Assembly: GCA_021163285.1 (NCBI GenBank)
Contig: JAGGXA010000028.1
Span: forward strand, 1 to 43,375
From: Deltaproteobacteria bacterium
GTDB lineage: Bacteria > Desulfobacterota > DSM-4660 > Desulfatiglandales > Desulfatiglandaceae
Length of the DNA stretch: 43,375 bases
Direction of reading: 5' to 3'
Shown in pieces: positions 1 through 9,085 of this stretch (positions are counted from its first letter, which is position 1; each line of letters begins with the position of its first letter). The notes under the pieces are model-generated. The model was not told where the DNA came from. It worked only from the letters and a program-made list of their open reading frames with translations, and did no database searches. Position numbers and translations under genes: made by a program.

Positions 1-237
1 ATCATAGTACGTCTGCGTCCTTGCCGCCTTGCACCTGCCTGCAGCAGGCAGGTCTTCGGTAAACTCGACGCTTGCAGGATTTAGGTTCCAATAAAAGTGT
101 CAATTACTTTTACCTCAAAATGAAGGATGCCAATGTATTGAACTTTAATTTATTTGTTCATAATTAGAATTGCTGGGAAAAGAGTAAATACCTTGACATT
201 AGATAATTTATATGATACAAAAATAAATTAAAAAAAT

Positions 238-606
238 TTGAAATTGTCGCAATTGAATAGGGGTAACCCATTGAAATTAATCATCCTTAGTGTGCATGTT
301 ATAGTTTGTCTCGGCCTGATATTGATTATACTCCTTCAAAGGGGAAAGGGCGCTGATATGGGTGCCGTTTTTGGTGGCTCAAGTCAGACTGTCTTTGGAA
401 GCAGCGGCGCAACATCATTTTTGCACAAAGTAACTACTCTCGCTGCAATAGTTTTCGTGCTGACATCCCTGAGTCTTTCAGTCTTTTTTGGAAAAAGGAG
501 TGCCGTGTCAATTATGGAGGGGGCCTCAAAGGCGCCTGCCGCTCAAACAACCGAGGCTCCAGCGCCAGTGCCAGCGCCAACAGGGGGGGAGCAGAACAAC
601 CCTTAA
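238..606 (+). CDS. secG: preprotein translocase subunit SecG
   Basis: Two hydrophobic segments flank the SecG-typical motif LLQRGKGADMGAVFGGSSQTVFGSSG. The tail is Pro/Ala-rich. The listed start is TTG at 238. An in-frame TTG at 271, preceded by a GGGG stretch, is an alternative, so the start is uncertain. Confidence 0.85.
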   Translation: MKLSQLNRGNPLKLIILSVHVIVCLGLILIILLQRGKGADMGAVFGGSSQTVFGSSGATSFLHKVTTLAAIVFVLTSLSLSVFFGKRSAVSIMEGASKAPAAQTTEAPAPVPAPTGGEQNNP

Positions 607-618
607 TCTTAAAGATAT

Positions 619-705
619 GCCGAAGTGGTGGAATTTGGTAGACACGCTATCTTGAGGGGGTAGTGACTTACGGTCGTGCGGGTTCAAGTCCCGCCTTCGG
701 CACCA
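619..705 (+). tRNA. tRNA-Leu (anticodon GAG), encoded CCA end
   Basis: Cloverleaf folded by hand. Acceptor stem GCCGAAG/CTTCGGC. Anticodon stem CTATC/GGTAG with loop TTGAGGG, giving anticodon GAG. Long variable arm (type II tRNA). T stem GCGGG/CCCGC with loop TTCAAGT. Discriminator A followed by CCA. Total 87 nt. Confidence 0.9.
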
Positions 706-992
706 ACACAGACGCAGATATGTTGAATGATTACGGGAGGTTAGTCTTAGCCGCTAATTTCCCTTTTTCTATTCAGGGCATATTGGGTCACTTTTTTCAT
801 CTACATCATCCATTTTGGGGATTTTGGCCGTCTGCATTTTTGGCAATCTCTCATGTGCTGTCAAGAGACAATGAGCAAAGAGAGATTTTTACAAATGATA
901 AAGAATGGTTGAGCAAACCCGGGGTACAGCGGGTTCATCCATACATAATTGGATGAACCCGGAAGTGTTGTGAACGGTTACGAGGGACAACA

Positions 993-1154
993 AGGGAACT
1001 GGAAGGAAATAATCTACGCATATCGTGCAAAACTTTTGTTCGTCTTCAAGGCTTGGTAACAATTGCATAGTGAACTATACAACTGTTACCGCAACGAAGA
1101 AGACGGGCAAAAGGGCAAGCAGGATGTGTAGATTATTTTCTGTAAGTTCCCTAA
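993..1154. repeat. Palindromic repeat family 5, long variant (arms GGGAACTGGAAGGAAATAATCTACGC / TGTAGATTATTTTCTGTAAGTTCCC around a ~100-bp insert)
   Basis: The arms at 993-1026 and 1125-1154 are imperfect reverse complements. The same arms form a tight hairpin at 15731-15789. The element lies just downstream of the gatB stop at 1166. Confidence 0.7.
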
Positions 1155-1165
1155 GCGCTGAATTA

Positions 1166-2614
1166 TTACACTTTTTTCAGTATCAGGGCGCTGACTTTTT
1201 TTGCATCGGCCCTTCCCCTGGTCCTCTTCATGATTTTACCTATTAAAAAGTTGACTGATTCCTTTTTTCCATCTTTTAATCGGGAAACAACACCGGGGTT
1301 CTCTTTCATAATTTCTTCAACCATCTTTTCGAGTATATCTGTTTCCTGGATTGGTTTTAATCCCTTTTCTTCTATAATGGAATCCGGTGTTCCGCCCGTT
1401 TCAAACATATCTTTAAAAACAAGCCTGCCGATTTTTTCGGTGATATTATTGCATGATATAAGGGTGATGAGTCTTGCAAAATCTTTTGGGGCAACAGGGA
1501 ACTTTTTTATCGAAATAGAATTTTCGTTTAAGACCTTTATCAACTCGTTTGTTATCCAGCTTCCAAGTTTTTTCAGGTCTGTGCAGTACGGGACACAACT
1601 TTCAAAATAATCGGACAGATCTCTTTTACCTATAATGAGATGTGCATCTTCTTCCGAAATACCGAAGTCCTTGATAAAACGATTGAGCCTTATACCAGGC
1701 AATTCGGGCATATCATCTTTTATTTTTCGAACAAAATCCCTGTCAATATCAAGCTCGACCAAATCAGGGTCAGGGAAATATCTATAGTCCGGGGCATCCT
1801 CTTTGCTTCGCATTGGAACTGTAACCATCTTCACTTCATCAAAGAGTCTTGTCTCCTGAGATATTTCGCCGCCTGATTCAATAATCTCGGACTGCCTTTT
1901 GATTTCATATTTAAGGGCCTCAATTATGGACTTAAAGGAGGCCATATTTTTGATTTCTACTCGTTCATTAAAATCCGGGCTCTTTACCTGCCTTAAAGAT
2001 ATATTGACATCGCAACGGAACTGGCCCTGTTCAATAACACAGTCGCTGACGCCGATATGTTGCAATATCTGTCTTACTTTTCCGAGATAAGACCTTGCTT
2101 CCTGTAAAGAACGGATGGGATTTTTTGTGTGGTCTGCAACAATTTCTATTAAAGGAACTCCTGCCCGGTTATAATCAACAAGACTATATTCCGAAGCTTC
2201 AAAAGTCACTGCCGAATGTACCAGTTTTCCGGCATCTTCTTCGAGATGAATACGTTTAATCCCGACAATGTATGGCTTACCGTCATCACCCGGTATTTCA
2301 AGATATCCGTCTTCACACAGGGGGCATTCATATTGGGATATCTGGTATCCTTTCGGGAGATCCGGATAAAAGTAATTTTTCCTGGCAAATATCGATCTGC
2401 TGTTGATATTGCAGTTAAGAGCGAGTCCGGCCCTGATGCAACATTCCACTGCTTTCCTGTTTAAAACAGGGAGCGTGCCCGGGTGGCCTGTACAGACAGG
2501 ACAGATATTTTCGTTTGGGGCAGCGTCATAACTTACCGGACAGCGGCAAAAGAGCTTTGTCTTTGTACTCAGCTCCGCATGTATTTCAAAGCATATAATG
2601 ACATCAAAATCCAT
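1166..2614 (-). CDS. gatB: Asp-tRNA(Asn)/Glu-tRNA(Gln) amidotransferase subunit B
   Basis: 482 aa. N-terminus FEIHAELSTKTKLFCRCP and full-length GatB-like architecture with the C-terminal YqeY-like tail. The start codon directly abuts the gatA stop (2614/2615). Confidence 0.95.
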   Translation of the reverse strand: MDFDVIICFEIHAELSTKTKLFCRCPVSYDAAPNENICPVCTGHPGTLPVLNRKAVECCIRAGLALNCNINSRSIFARKNYFYPDLPKGYQISQYECPLCEDGYLEIPGDDGKPYIVGIKRIHLEEDAGKLVHSAVTFEASEYSLVDYNRAGVPLIEIVADHTKNPIRSLQEARSYLGKVRQILQHIGVSDCVIEQGQFRCDVNISLRQVKSPDFNERVEIKNMASFKSIIEALKYEIKRQSEIIESGGEISQETRLFDEVKMVTVPMRSKEDAPDYRYFPDPDLVELDIDRDFVRKIKDDMPELPGIRLNRFIKDFGISEEDAHLIIGKRDLSDYFESCVPYCTDLKKLGSWITNELIKVLNENSISIKKFPVAPKDFARLITLISCNNITEKIGRLVFKDMFETGGTPDSIIEEKGLKPIQETDILEKMVEEIMKENPGVVSRLKDGKKESVNFLIGKIMKRTRGRADAKKVSALILKKV

Positions 2615-4057
2615 TTATTTTCGCTCTGCAATCTGCTGGTAGGCATGACCTGCACAAAACAGAGTTTCCTCATCAAAAGGTTTTCCTATAATCTGCAAAC
2701 CTACAGGCAGACCGTCAATGGTTCCGCAATTTACACTCATTCCGGGCAGTCCGGAAAGATTTAATGAAACAGTATAGATATCAACGAGATACATCTTGAT
2801 GGGATCATCGGATTTCTCTCCGATTTCAAAGGCGGTAGATGGGGAAGTCGGGGTTATAATACAATCGACATCCTGAAATGCCCTGTCAAAATCATCTTTT
2901 ATCAGGGTCCTCGCCTTTTGCGCCTTTAAATAATAGGCATCATAATAACCTGCCGAAAGGACATAACAGCCCAGCATTATCCTTCTTTTTACTTCTTTGC
3001 CGAATCCCTCGCTTCTCGTGTATTCATACATTTCCTCAAGTCCGGACTGATCACGCTCAGCCCTGAGCCCATATTTAACACCGTCATATCTGGCAAGATT
3101 GCTGCTTGCCTCTGCCGTAGCTATGAGGTAGTAAGCGCCTACGGCAAATGGTGTCCGGGGAAGTGAAATCTCGATAATCTCCGCGCCATGGCTGCCCAAA
3201 AGATTGACGGCATCAATTACTTTCTCTTTTACTAAGGGATCAAGTCCTTCCACGAAATATTCCTTTGGCAGGCCAATCCTGAGCCCGTTAATATCGGAAG
3301 ATAATGACCCTGAAAAATCGGGTTTCGGCACATTTATGGAGGTGGTGTCTCTTTTATCATACCCGGCAATCACATCCATGAGCATTGTACAATCTTCAAC
3401 ACTCCTGCCAATTGGGCCTATCTGGTCAAGTGAGGAGGCATAGGAAACAAGCCCATACCTCGATACCCTGCCATAGGTAGGTTTCATCCCTGTAACGCCG
3501 CAAAATGAAGCAGGTTGACGGATTGAACCCCCTGTATCGGAACCGATTGCAAGAACGGCCTCTCCTGACGCAACAGCACAGGCCGAACCACCGCTTGATC
3601 CCCCGGGAACCCTTTTTATATCACGGGGATTTCTTGTCGGGCCAAATGCGCTATTCTCTGTAGATGAACCCATGGCAAATTCATCCATGTTGGTCTTTCC
3701 GATCAACACAGCGCCCTTTTGCAGTATCTTTTTAACTACGGTGGCATCATAGGGAGGAATATAATGTTCAAGGATTTTAGATGCGCATGTCGTTCGGATC
3801 CCCTTTGTGCAAAGGTTGTCTTTGATGGCAACAGGTATGCCTGTCACAGGCGATATATCTCTGCCTTCTTTAAATTTTTTATCGGCTGCATCCGCCTGCT
3901 TAAGCGCAAACTCGGGGGTAACAGTCAAAAAGGCGTTAAGAGTTTTATCCTTATTCTCAATCCGTAGTAAGGCGGATTCGGTAATTTCTCTCGATGAAAT
4001 TTCCCTTTTCCTGAGAAGCCTTGCAAGTTCGGCAGCTTGATAATCACATAGCTCCAT
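2615..4057 (-). CDS. gatA: Asp-tRNA(Asn)/Glu-tRNA(Gln) amidotransferase subunit A
   Basis: 480 aa. Amidase signature [15 protein letters not shown] and the IKDN motif. Positioned immediately upstream of gatB on the same strand. Confidence 0.95.
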   Translation of the reverse strand: MELCDYQAAELARLLRKREISSREITESALLRIENKDKTLNAFLTVTPEFALKQADAADKKFKEGRDISPVTGIPVAIKDNLCTKGIRTTCASKILEHYIPPYDATVVKKILQKGAVLIGKTNMDEFAMGSSTENSAFGPTRNPRDIKRVPGGSSGGSACAVASGEAVLAIGSDTGGSIRQPASFCGVTGMKPTYGRVSRYGLVSYASSLDQIGPIGRSVEDCTMLMDVIAGYDKRDTTSINVPKPDFSGSLSSDINGLRIGLPKEYFVEGLDPLVKEKVIDAVNLLGSHGAEIIEISLPRTPFAVGAYYLIATAEASSNLARYDGVKYGLRAERDQSGLEEMYEYTRSEGFGKEVKRRIMLGCYVLSAGYYDAYYLKAQKARTLIKDDFDRAFQDVDCIITPTSPSTAFEIGEKSDDPIKMYLVDIYTVSLNLSGLPGMSVNCGTIDGLPVGLQIIGKPFDEETLFCAGHAYQQIAERK

Positions 4058-4210
4058 TATTGATAACCTCGTAAAAAACCTCTATAAAAGGGCATCCTTC
4101 AAATTTATATGAAAGATGGCAGTTGCTCAATCAGCATGGGTAAAGATACCCGGACATTCTTACGGGTTTCCGCGTACACAGGAATGACGAAATGAGATAA
4201 CCGCCTGTTA

Positions 4211-4228
4211 TTCCCGCTAAAGCGGGAA
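4211..4228. repeat. Short REP-like hairpin TTCCCGC-TAAA-GCGGGAA (family 4 core)
   Basis: Perfect 7-bp stem in the 243-bp aspS-gatA spacer. The same TTCCCRCG...CGYGGGAA core recurs at 22049-22070, 28302-28366, 28625-28713 and 32240-32310. Confidence 0.5.
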
Positions 4229-4300
4229 CGCGGTAGTGCAGTATTCAAAAGCGCTTATCCAGATTATTAAGCAAATACGAAAGATGCGGTAAAAGGCATC

Positions 4301-6463
4301 TCACCCTTCCAGTATCTTCGGAGCCTTAAAGTAATTTCCCTCTCTCGCAGGGGCGTTTGACAGGATAGCCTCGGCTACTGATTCCTTTTCCGGCTCATCA
4401 TCACGCCAGACATTTTTTGATTCCAGGGCGTGGCTTGTGGGACTGACCTGTTCCGTGTCTAACTCTTTAACGATTTCCACATAGTTAATGATTGAAGTAA
4501 GACCTTGTGCGTATTCATTTATCTCGCTGTTATCAACTCTTAATCGTGCCAGTTTTGCCACATGCCTGACGTCATCTTTTGTTATTTTTATTGCCGTTCG
4601 GGTATCCGAAACCCCTTCTTTTTGCCGGGTAAGTATCTCATCATCCACGGAAGAAAAACCTGTGGGCGTGGTAATCCCAAGCTCTTCAAGCTGAGGTTCT
4701 TCGACTGATGAAGGTGCCCTGGTTAACGGGCAAACAGCGCTGCGGTTTTTTGGAAAGACAATGACTTCCCGGATCGATGAAACTTTCAGGATCATCGAAA
4801 TGACCCTGTCGATACCAAGGGCAAGCCCCCCGTGAGGAGGTGTGCCGTATTCCAGCGCATTCAGAAAAAAACCGAACCTGGCATTCGCAGCCTTACTGCT
4901 TAATCCGAGGGCTTGAAACACCTTTTTCTGAATGTTCATATCATGTATGCGGATACTCCCTCCACCCAGCTCTTCGCCATTTATTACCAGGTCGTAGGCC
5001 CTTGAGTTGAGTTTTAACAGATCCTCAACATTATCGGGGTCAAATTCCGTCCTGTCCGGCATGGTAAAGGGGTGATGCTGAGAACTTATTCTCCCGTCTT
5101 TTAACTCAAACAGGGGAAAGTCCGTGACCCAGAGTGAAGAATATTTATTTTCTGGGATAAGTCCGAACCTTTCAGCAACATGAAGGCGGAGCAGTCCAAG
5201 GACTTTATTAACAAGGTCAGGAGAAAAATCCGCTATCATCATGATAACATCCCCCTCTTTTGCATCAAAAAGCTCAATTATCCTTGACAATTCAGCGCTG
5301 TTAAAAAACTGGACAATATTGGACTGGAGTTTTCCATCAATTACCTTCATCCAGGTCATGCCCTTTGCTCCTAACGATGGGACGATCCTCATTGCATATT
5401 CATTCTGGAGTACATTTTTGCTCAGTGCATCCGCCATTTTTTTAACACAAAATCCCTTGACCTTTCCTCCTTTTCCGATGATGTTTCGAAAAATTGAGTA
5501 GCCTGTATCCGTCAAAATATCAGTCGCATCTTTAAAGGCCATCCCGAATCGAAGATCCGGGCAGTCTGTACCGTAGAGATCCATTGCGTCTCCATAGGTC
5601 ATCCTTTTGAATGGCCTTGACAGGTTGATTTCTCCAATGGCAAACAGCCTGACAATCAATTCTTCAATGAGTTCGCATATAAATTCCTCATCAATAAAAG
5701 ATGCTTCCATATCCAATTGTGTGAATTCCGGCTGACGGTTCGGCCTTAAGTCTTCGTCACGAAAACACTTCACTATCTGAAAATATCTGTCAATTCCACC
5801 GATCATGAGAAGCTGTTTAAAAAGCTGCGGGGACTGGGGTAATGCGTAGAATTTTCCATGATGAAGGCGGCTCGGGACGAGAAAATCCCTGGCGCCCTCC
5901 GGAGTGCTTTTTGTGAGAAAAGGGGTTTCAATTTCGATAAAATCTTTGGCGTAAAAATAATCCCTGATCTCTTTGATTATGCGGAATCTCTTTATAAACA
6001 GGTCCTGGATTGAAGGGCGCCTGATATCAAGATAACGGTAGGCCAGCCTGAGATCTTCATCAACATGTTCAGGGTTCAGGTTTATATCTTCTCCAAAAAC
6101 TATAGCTTTTTCCGAGATTTTGAACGGCAGATTCCTTGAGCTTGAAAAAATATCTATCTTTTTTGCAAGTATCTCGATATTACCTGTGCTCAAGTTTTGA
6201 TTTTCAGCGCCTTTTTCCCTGAATGCAACTATCCCTCTTACCGCTACAACAAATTCTTCTCTGAGTGACAGTGCCTTTTCAAAACTCTCTTTATTTGTAA
6301 CAGGGTTAAAAACTATCTGAATAATACCGCTCTTATCCCTGAGATGAATAAATAAAAGATTGCCATGGTTTCTTATTGCGTCAACCCAGCCCATGAGAAG
6401 GACGTTGCTACCTTGAGCGGCAGAGGTCAAAGATCCGGCATAAACTCTCTCTCTCCAGTTCAT
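4301..6463 (-). CDS. aspS: Aspartyl-tRNA synthetase fused to a C-terminal GatC module
   Basis: 720 aa. Residues 1 to about 600 are a bacterial-type class II AspRS (OB-fold N-terminus, FYALPQSPQLFKQLLM, FRDEDLRPNRQPEFTQLD, GGGSIRIH, GLALGIDR). A linker of about 25 aa follows. The last 96 aa (IKITKDDVRHVAKLARLRV...EGNYFKAPKILEG) read as a full-length GatC. Confidence 0.9.
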   Translation of the reverse strand: MNWRERVYAGSLTSAAQGSNVLLMGWVDAIRNHGNLLFIHLRDKSGIIQIVFNPVTNKESFEKALSLREEFVVAVRGIVAFREKGAENQNLSTGNIEILAKKIDIFSSSRNLPFKISEKAIVFGEDINLNPEHVDEDLRLAYRYLDIRRPSIQDLFIKRFRIIKEIRDYFYAKDFIEIETPFLTKSTPEGARDFLVPSRLHHGKFYALPQSPQLFKQLLMIGGIDRYFQIVKCFRDEDLRPNRQPEFTQLDMEASFIDEEFICELIEELIVRLFAIGEINLSRPFKRMTYGDAMDLYGTDCPDLRFGMAFKDATDILTDTGYSIFRNIIGKGGKVKGFCVKKMADALSKNVLQNEYAMRIVPSLGAKGMTWMKVIDGKLQSNIVQFFNSAELSRIIELFDAKEGDVIMMIADFSPDLVNKVLGLLRLHVAERFGLIPENKYSSLWVTDFPLFELKDGRISSQHHPFTMPDRTEFDPDNVEDLLKLNSRAYDLVINGEELGGGSIRIHDMNIQKKVFQALGLSSKAANARFGFFLNALEYGTPPHGGLALGIDRVISMILKVSSIREVIVFPKNRSAVCPLTRAPSSVEEPQLEELGITTPTGFSSVDDEILTRQKEGVSDTRTAIKITKDDVRHVAKLARLRVDNSEINEYAQGLTSIINYVEIVKELDTEQVSPTSHALESKNVWRDDEPEKESVAEAILSNAPAREGNYFKAPKILEG

Positions 6464-6892
6464 AAATATCCTGAGTTAATCAGATTAAAGGAATCCGTTC
6501 ACAGAACGTTTCATGCCATGTCATTGCGAGCGGAGCGAAGCAATCTCATAATCGCTCATAAAAATTCAGGCATTTTTTATTCTCTTGCGACCAGGTTCCG
6601 GGAGCCTGTGAACATTTATAATTAAACTAACAGATGAGGAATATAAGGAAATCAGGTCAGTGTGTCAAGATTAAAGGAAAAGGTGAATTTTGAAAGCAGG
6701 TTACGGTTATAACAGACATCTGTCAAAAAAGGATTTTAAACATGATTTTTCGACACTTTTTTTGAACAGGTGACGAACCAACTTAAAGCGGTAATATTTT
6801 TCTAATGGGCAGCTACAGGCGTTGCCTTGCTGTGACGTAGCAGAGGCAGGTCCCCGTGCCTGTACTGCAATGATAGACCACTATGCAGTAAT

Positions 6893-6918
6893 AATAGAAT
6901 TTGCGCCCAAATTCTATT
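6893..6918 (-). terminator. Possible intrinsic terminator after the B12-radical SAM gene
   Basis: Hairpin AATAGAATTT-GCGCCC-AAATTCTATT with a 10-bp stem, 11 nt downstream of the stop at 6929. The following tract on the minus strand is A/T-rich (ATTATTACTG) but is not a clean U-run. Confidence 0.35.
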
Positions 6919-6928
6919 AGGTTATTTT

Positions 6929-8374
6929 TTACCGAGGCCTTGTCTCCTGTGGCGCCGGCCAGATATTTTCGGAGCATATCAGGCGGGTACATTTCCTGAA
7001 TCCCATGTTCACAGGAAGATAGAAAAATGATCGGAAGCGTGGCTTTTTAAGAATTCTGTGCCATATGCTACGATATGAATAAATCCGTTTCCATGTATGT
7101 CGCATGCCGAAATGGAGTTGTCTTGGCGTTATATTCTTTGGAAAAAAGGTGACCGTTCCAAAGTCGTAATCGCGCCAGTTATGGCTGAAAATACGGTTCT
7201 GAGAATCCATTTGTTGATAAACTTTAGTGCCGGGAAGAGGGGTAAGAATCAGTGTAAAGGCGGTCTCAAGACGGTTTTCAATGACGAAATCAGCGATTTG
7301 GTCAAAAACCTTTGGCGTATCTTCATCAAACCCGACCATAAATGTCCCCATTACACCTATTTCACGATCATGGAGCGCTTTGATGCAGTCAGAATATTCA
7401 TCTGTCCGATTGGGAAACTTGTGCATGTTATTTATAGTTACCCCGGAGAGGGTCTCAAATCCTATGTTCACTCCTATACAACCTGATTCCGCCATAAGGT
7501 CGAGCATTGATTCATCACGAGTAAGATTGAAGCTCGCATGACCGTACCATCTAATATCGCATTCTTTGAAAACCTCTAAAATAGCACGGGCGTGGACAGG
7601 TTCTGATACAAAATTAGAGTCCAAAACATACAGAAGACGTTTTTCCACAAAGTATGGGATGTCGGGATGCCAGTTTCGAGCAAGCCATTTTTTCCATTTT
7701 GCCTGAGGGGGTCTTGGGCCGAATATGTCCATAAGCTCCTGCTTTATAGCCTTTGGAGGACGTACCCTGAACCTGGAACCAAAAAAGTTCTGAACCGCGC
7801 AAAAGTGGCATCCTACAGGACAGCCACGGGTGGTCTCGATTATTTCGCCCGGGTGATAAAATTTTTTATCAAAAAGGTCCCGTCTCATAGTTGGGAGAGT
7901 TGCAAGCTCTACCTCAGGGCCGAAATACTTCTTTTTTAAAGAGCCTTTGGAAAAATCATCCAGGATGTTTTCCCATACAGCTTCGGCCTCGCAGATTATG
8001 ACGGAATCCCCGTGTTCAAGTGCTTCATCGGGAAGTGCAGTAACATGCATACCCCCTAAAACAATCTTGACACCTTTCTTACACAGTCGATCTGCAATGA
8101 GGTATGCGCTTTGTATATGATGAGTTTGCCCGACGATCAGGGCCAGATCGCAAGGTTGGTTATAAGGAACAGGTTCATTAGCTGCATCAATTAGCCTGAC
8201 ATGAATGTTGTCGGGTGTCAGCGCCGCAATCATTGCAAGACTGATGGCCGGATATCCCAAAAGCGGCAGTTTAATGCCAAAGGCTTTGTTACGTTCCTTT
8301 GAATCCATCGCAGGAGCAATGAGAAATATGGAATGCAGGGGTTTGATTACATCGAATCGGCTTATTTCGGACAT
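6929..8374 (-). CDS. B12-binding-domain radical SAM protein (class B), function unknown
   Basis: 481 aa. The N-terminal Rossmann-like region resembles a cobalamin-binding domain (LPLLGYPAISLA...VKIVLGGMHVTALPDE). It is followed by the radical SAM cluster motif TTRGCPVGCHFCAV (CxxxCxxC). Confidence 0.75.
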   Translation of the reverse strand: MSEISRFDVIKPLHSIFLIAPAMDSKERNKAFGIKLPLLGYPAISLAMIAALTPDNIHVRLIDAANEPVPYNQPCDLALIVGQTHHIQSAYLIADRLCKKGVKIVLGGMHVTALPDEALEHGDSVIICEAEAVWENILDDFSKGSLKKKYFGPEVELATLPTMRRDLFDKKFYHPGEIIETTRGCPVGCHFCAVQNFFGSRFRVRPPKAIKQELMDIFGPRPPQAKWKKWLARNWHPDIPYFVEKRLLYVLDSNFVSEPVHARAILEVFKECDIRWYGHASFNLTRDESMLDLMAESGCIGVNIGFETLSGVTINNMHKFPNRTDEYSDCIKALHDREIGVMGTFMVGFDEDTPKVFDQIADFVIENRLETAFTLILTPLPGTKVYQQMDSQNRIFSHNWRDYDFGTVTFFPKNITPRQLHFGMRHTWKRIYSYRSIWHRILKKPRFRSFFYLPVNMGFRKCTRLICSENIWPAPQETRPR

Positions 8375-8440
8375 ATTATCTCGTGTCCATCCAGAAAATC
8401 CTCATTTCCGGATGGACACTATCTCAATTTACAGATTAAA

Positions 8441-8472
8441 TAACCGTTCACGATTGAACCCGTGAACGGTTA
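8441..8472. repeat. Perfect 12-bp-stem hairpin TAACCGTTCACG-ATTGAACC-CGTGAACGGTTA (family 3 core); possible feoC terminator
   Basis: The arms are exact reverse complements. It lies 20 nt downstream of the feoC stop, and on the minus strand it is followed by TTTAATCTGT. The arm sequence is the terminal motif of family 3 repeats elsewhere in the window. Confidence 0.6.
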
Positions 8473-8491
8473 GTCTTTTAAATTCTTGAGA

Positions 8492-8716
8492 CTAATTGAT
8501 CCATTCATAAATTTCAATATCATTTTTATCGCCGCATTTTGAACATGTCATGCTGCATCCCCCCTGACATGTAATTTTTTCTATCTTCTTTTTTCTAATC
8601 CATTGATCCAGCATGCCTCGTATAGCTTCAGGTTCTGTGTCAAAATGGATGCAAATGTTATCAAGAGTTACTTTTTTCTGTTGAATAAGGTACTTTTTAA
8701 CATCTGAAAGTATCAT
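8492..8716 (-). CDS. feoC: FeoC-like winged-helix protein
   Basis: 74 aa. Helix-turn-helix-like N-terminus, a Cys cluster (CQGGCSMTCSKCG) and a terminal W, the same pattern as FeoC. It lies downstream of feoAB on the same strand. Confidence 0.6.
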   Translation of the reverse strand: MILSDVKKYLIQQKKVTLDNICIHFDTEPEAIRGMLDQWIRKKKIEKITCQGGCSMTCSKCGDKNDIEIYEWIN

Positions 8717-8721
8717 AAAGT

Positions 8722-8980
8722 GTAACCTTTCACGGGTTTGAAAGTTGAAGGTTCAGGGTTCAACCGTTCATGGTCAAGAACAAAAAAGGCATTGAAGACC
8801 AAAGTCTTTGTTATTAATGCTTATTTCCCAAGCAATTACCAATTTGGCTCCAAATTCCGTATCAGGCAACCACAAGGGATTGCCCCCACGAAAAATCCAA
8901 TGCACGGTGAAAATAATCGTAGAGGCAGGGCTTGTGCCTGCCCGCAGGAAAATGGAACCTCAAAACCCGTGAGCGGTTAC
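8722..8980. mobile_element. MITE-like element, family 3 (termini GTAACCTTTCACGGGTTT / AAACCCGTGAGCGGTTAC)
   Basis: The terminal inverted repeats are visible by eye. The internal 160 bp (8821-8980) is repeated at 34245-34404 with only scattered mismatches. It contains the hairpins GGCAA-CCACAAGGGA-TTGCC and GGCAGG-GCTTGTG-CCTGCC. It has no coding capacity. Confidence 0.65.
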
Positions 8981-8982
8981 CT

Positions 8983-9017
8983 TAATTCATAATTCATAAT
9001 TCATAATTCATAATTCA
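8983..9017. repeat. Tandem heptamer (TAATTCA) x5
   Basis: Five perfect head-to-tail copies were counted base by base. The tract sits directly after the family 3 element and 69 nt downstream of the feoB stop. Confidence 0.95.
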
Positions 9018-9085
9018 AAACAAGGCGCATTCTATACACCAAACAATGCTGGATACGGAAATAAACATGAATAATGATATAAACA

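Noticed and set aside
1-237. I expected the 3' end of an upstream gene before secG (tpiA often precedes it).
   Set aside because: All three forward frames hit stops within ~80 nt, and the translations show no TpiA-like C-terminus. The region contains a 21-bp palindrome (33-53) and AT-rich promoter-like sequence.
663-956. A 97-aa ORF starts inside tRNA-Leu.
   Set aside because: It overlaps the tRNA, has no RBS and shows no protein-like motifs. The region contains hairpins (for example 931-960, GGGTTCATCC/GGATGAACCC) and looks non-coding.
706-1165. The 460-bp non-coding stretch downstream of tRNA-Leu could be an integration-site remnant of a mobile element.
   Set aside because: I could find no integrase fragment and no direct repeat of the tRNA 3' end. 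Only the dispersed family 3 and family 5 repeat motifs are present.
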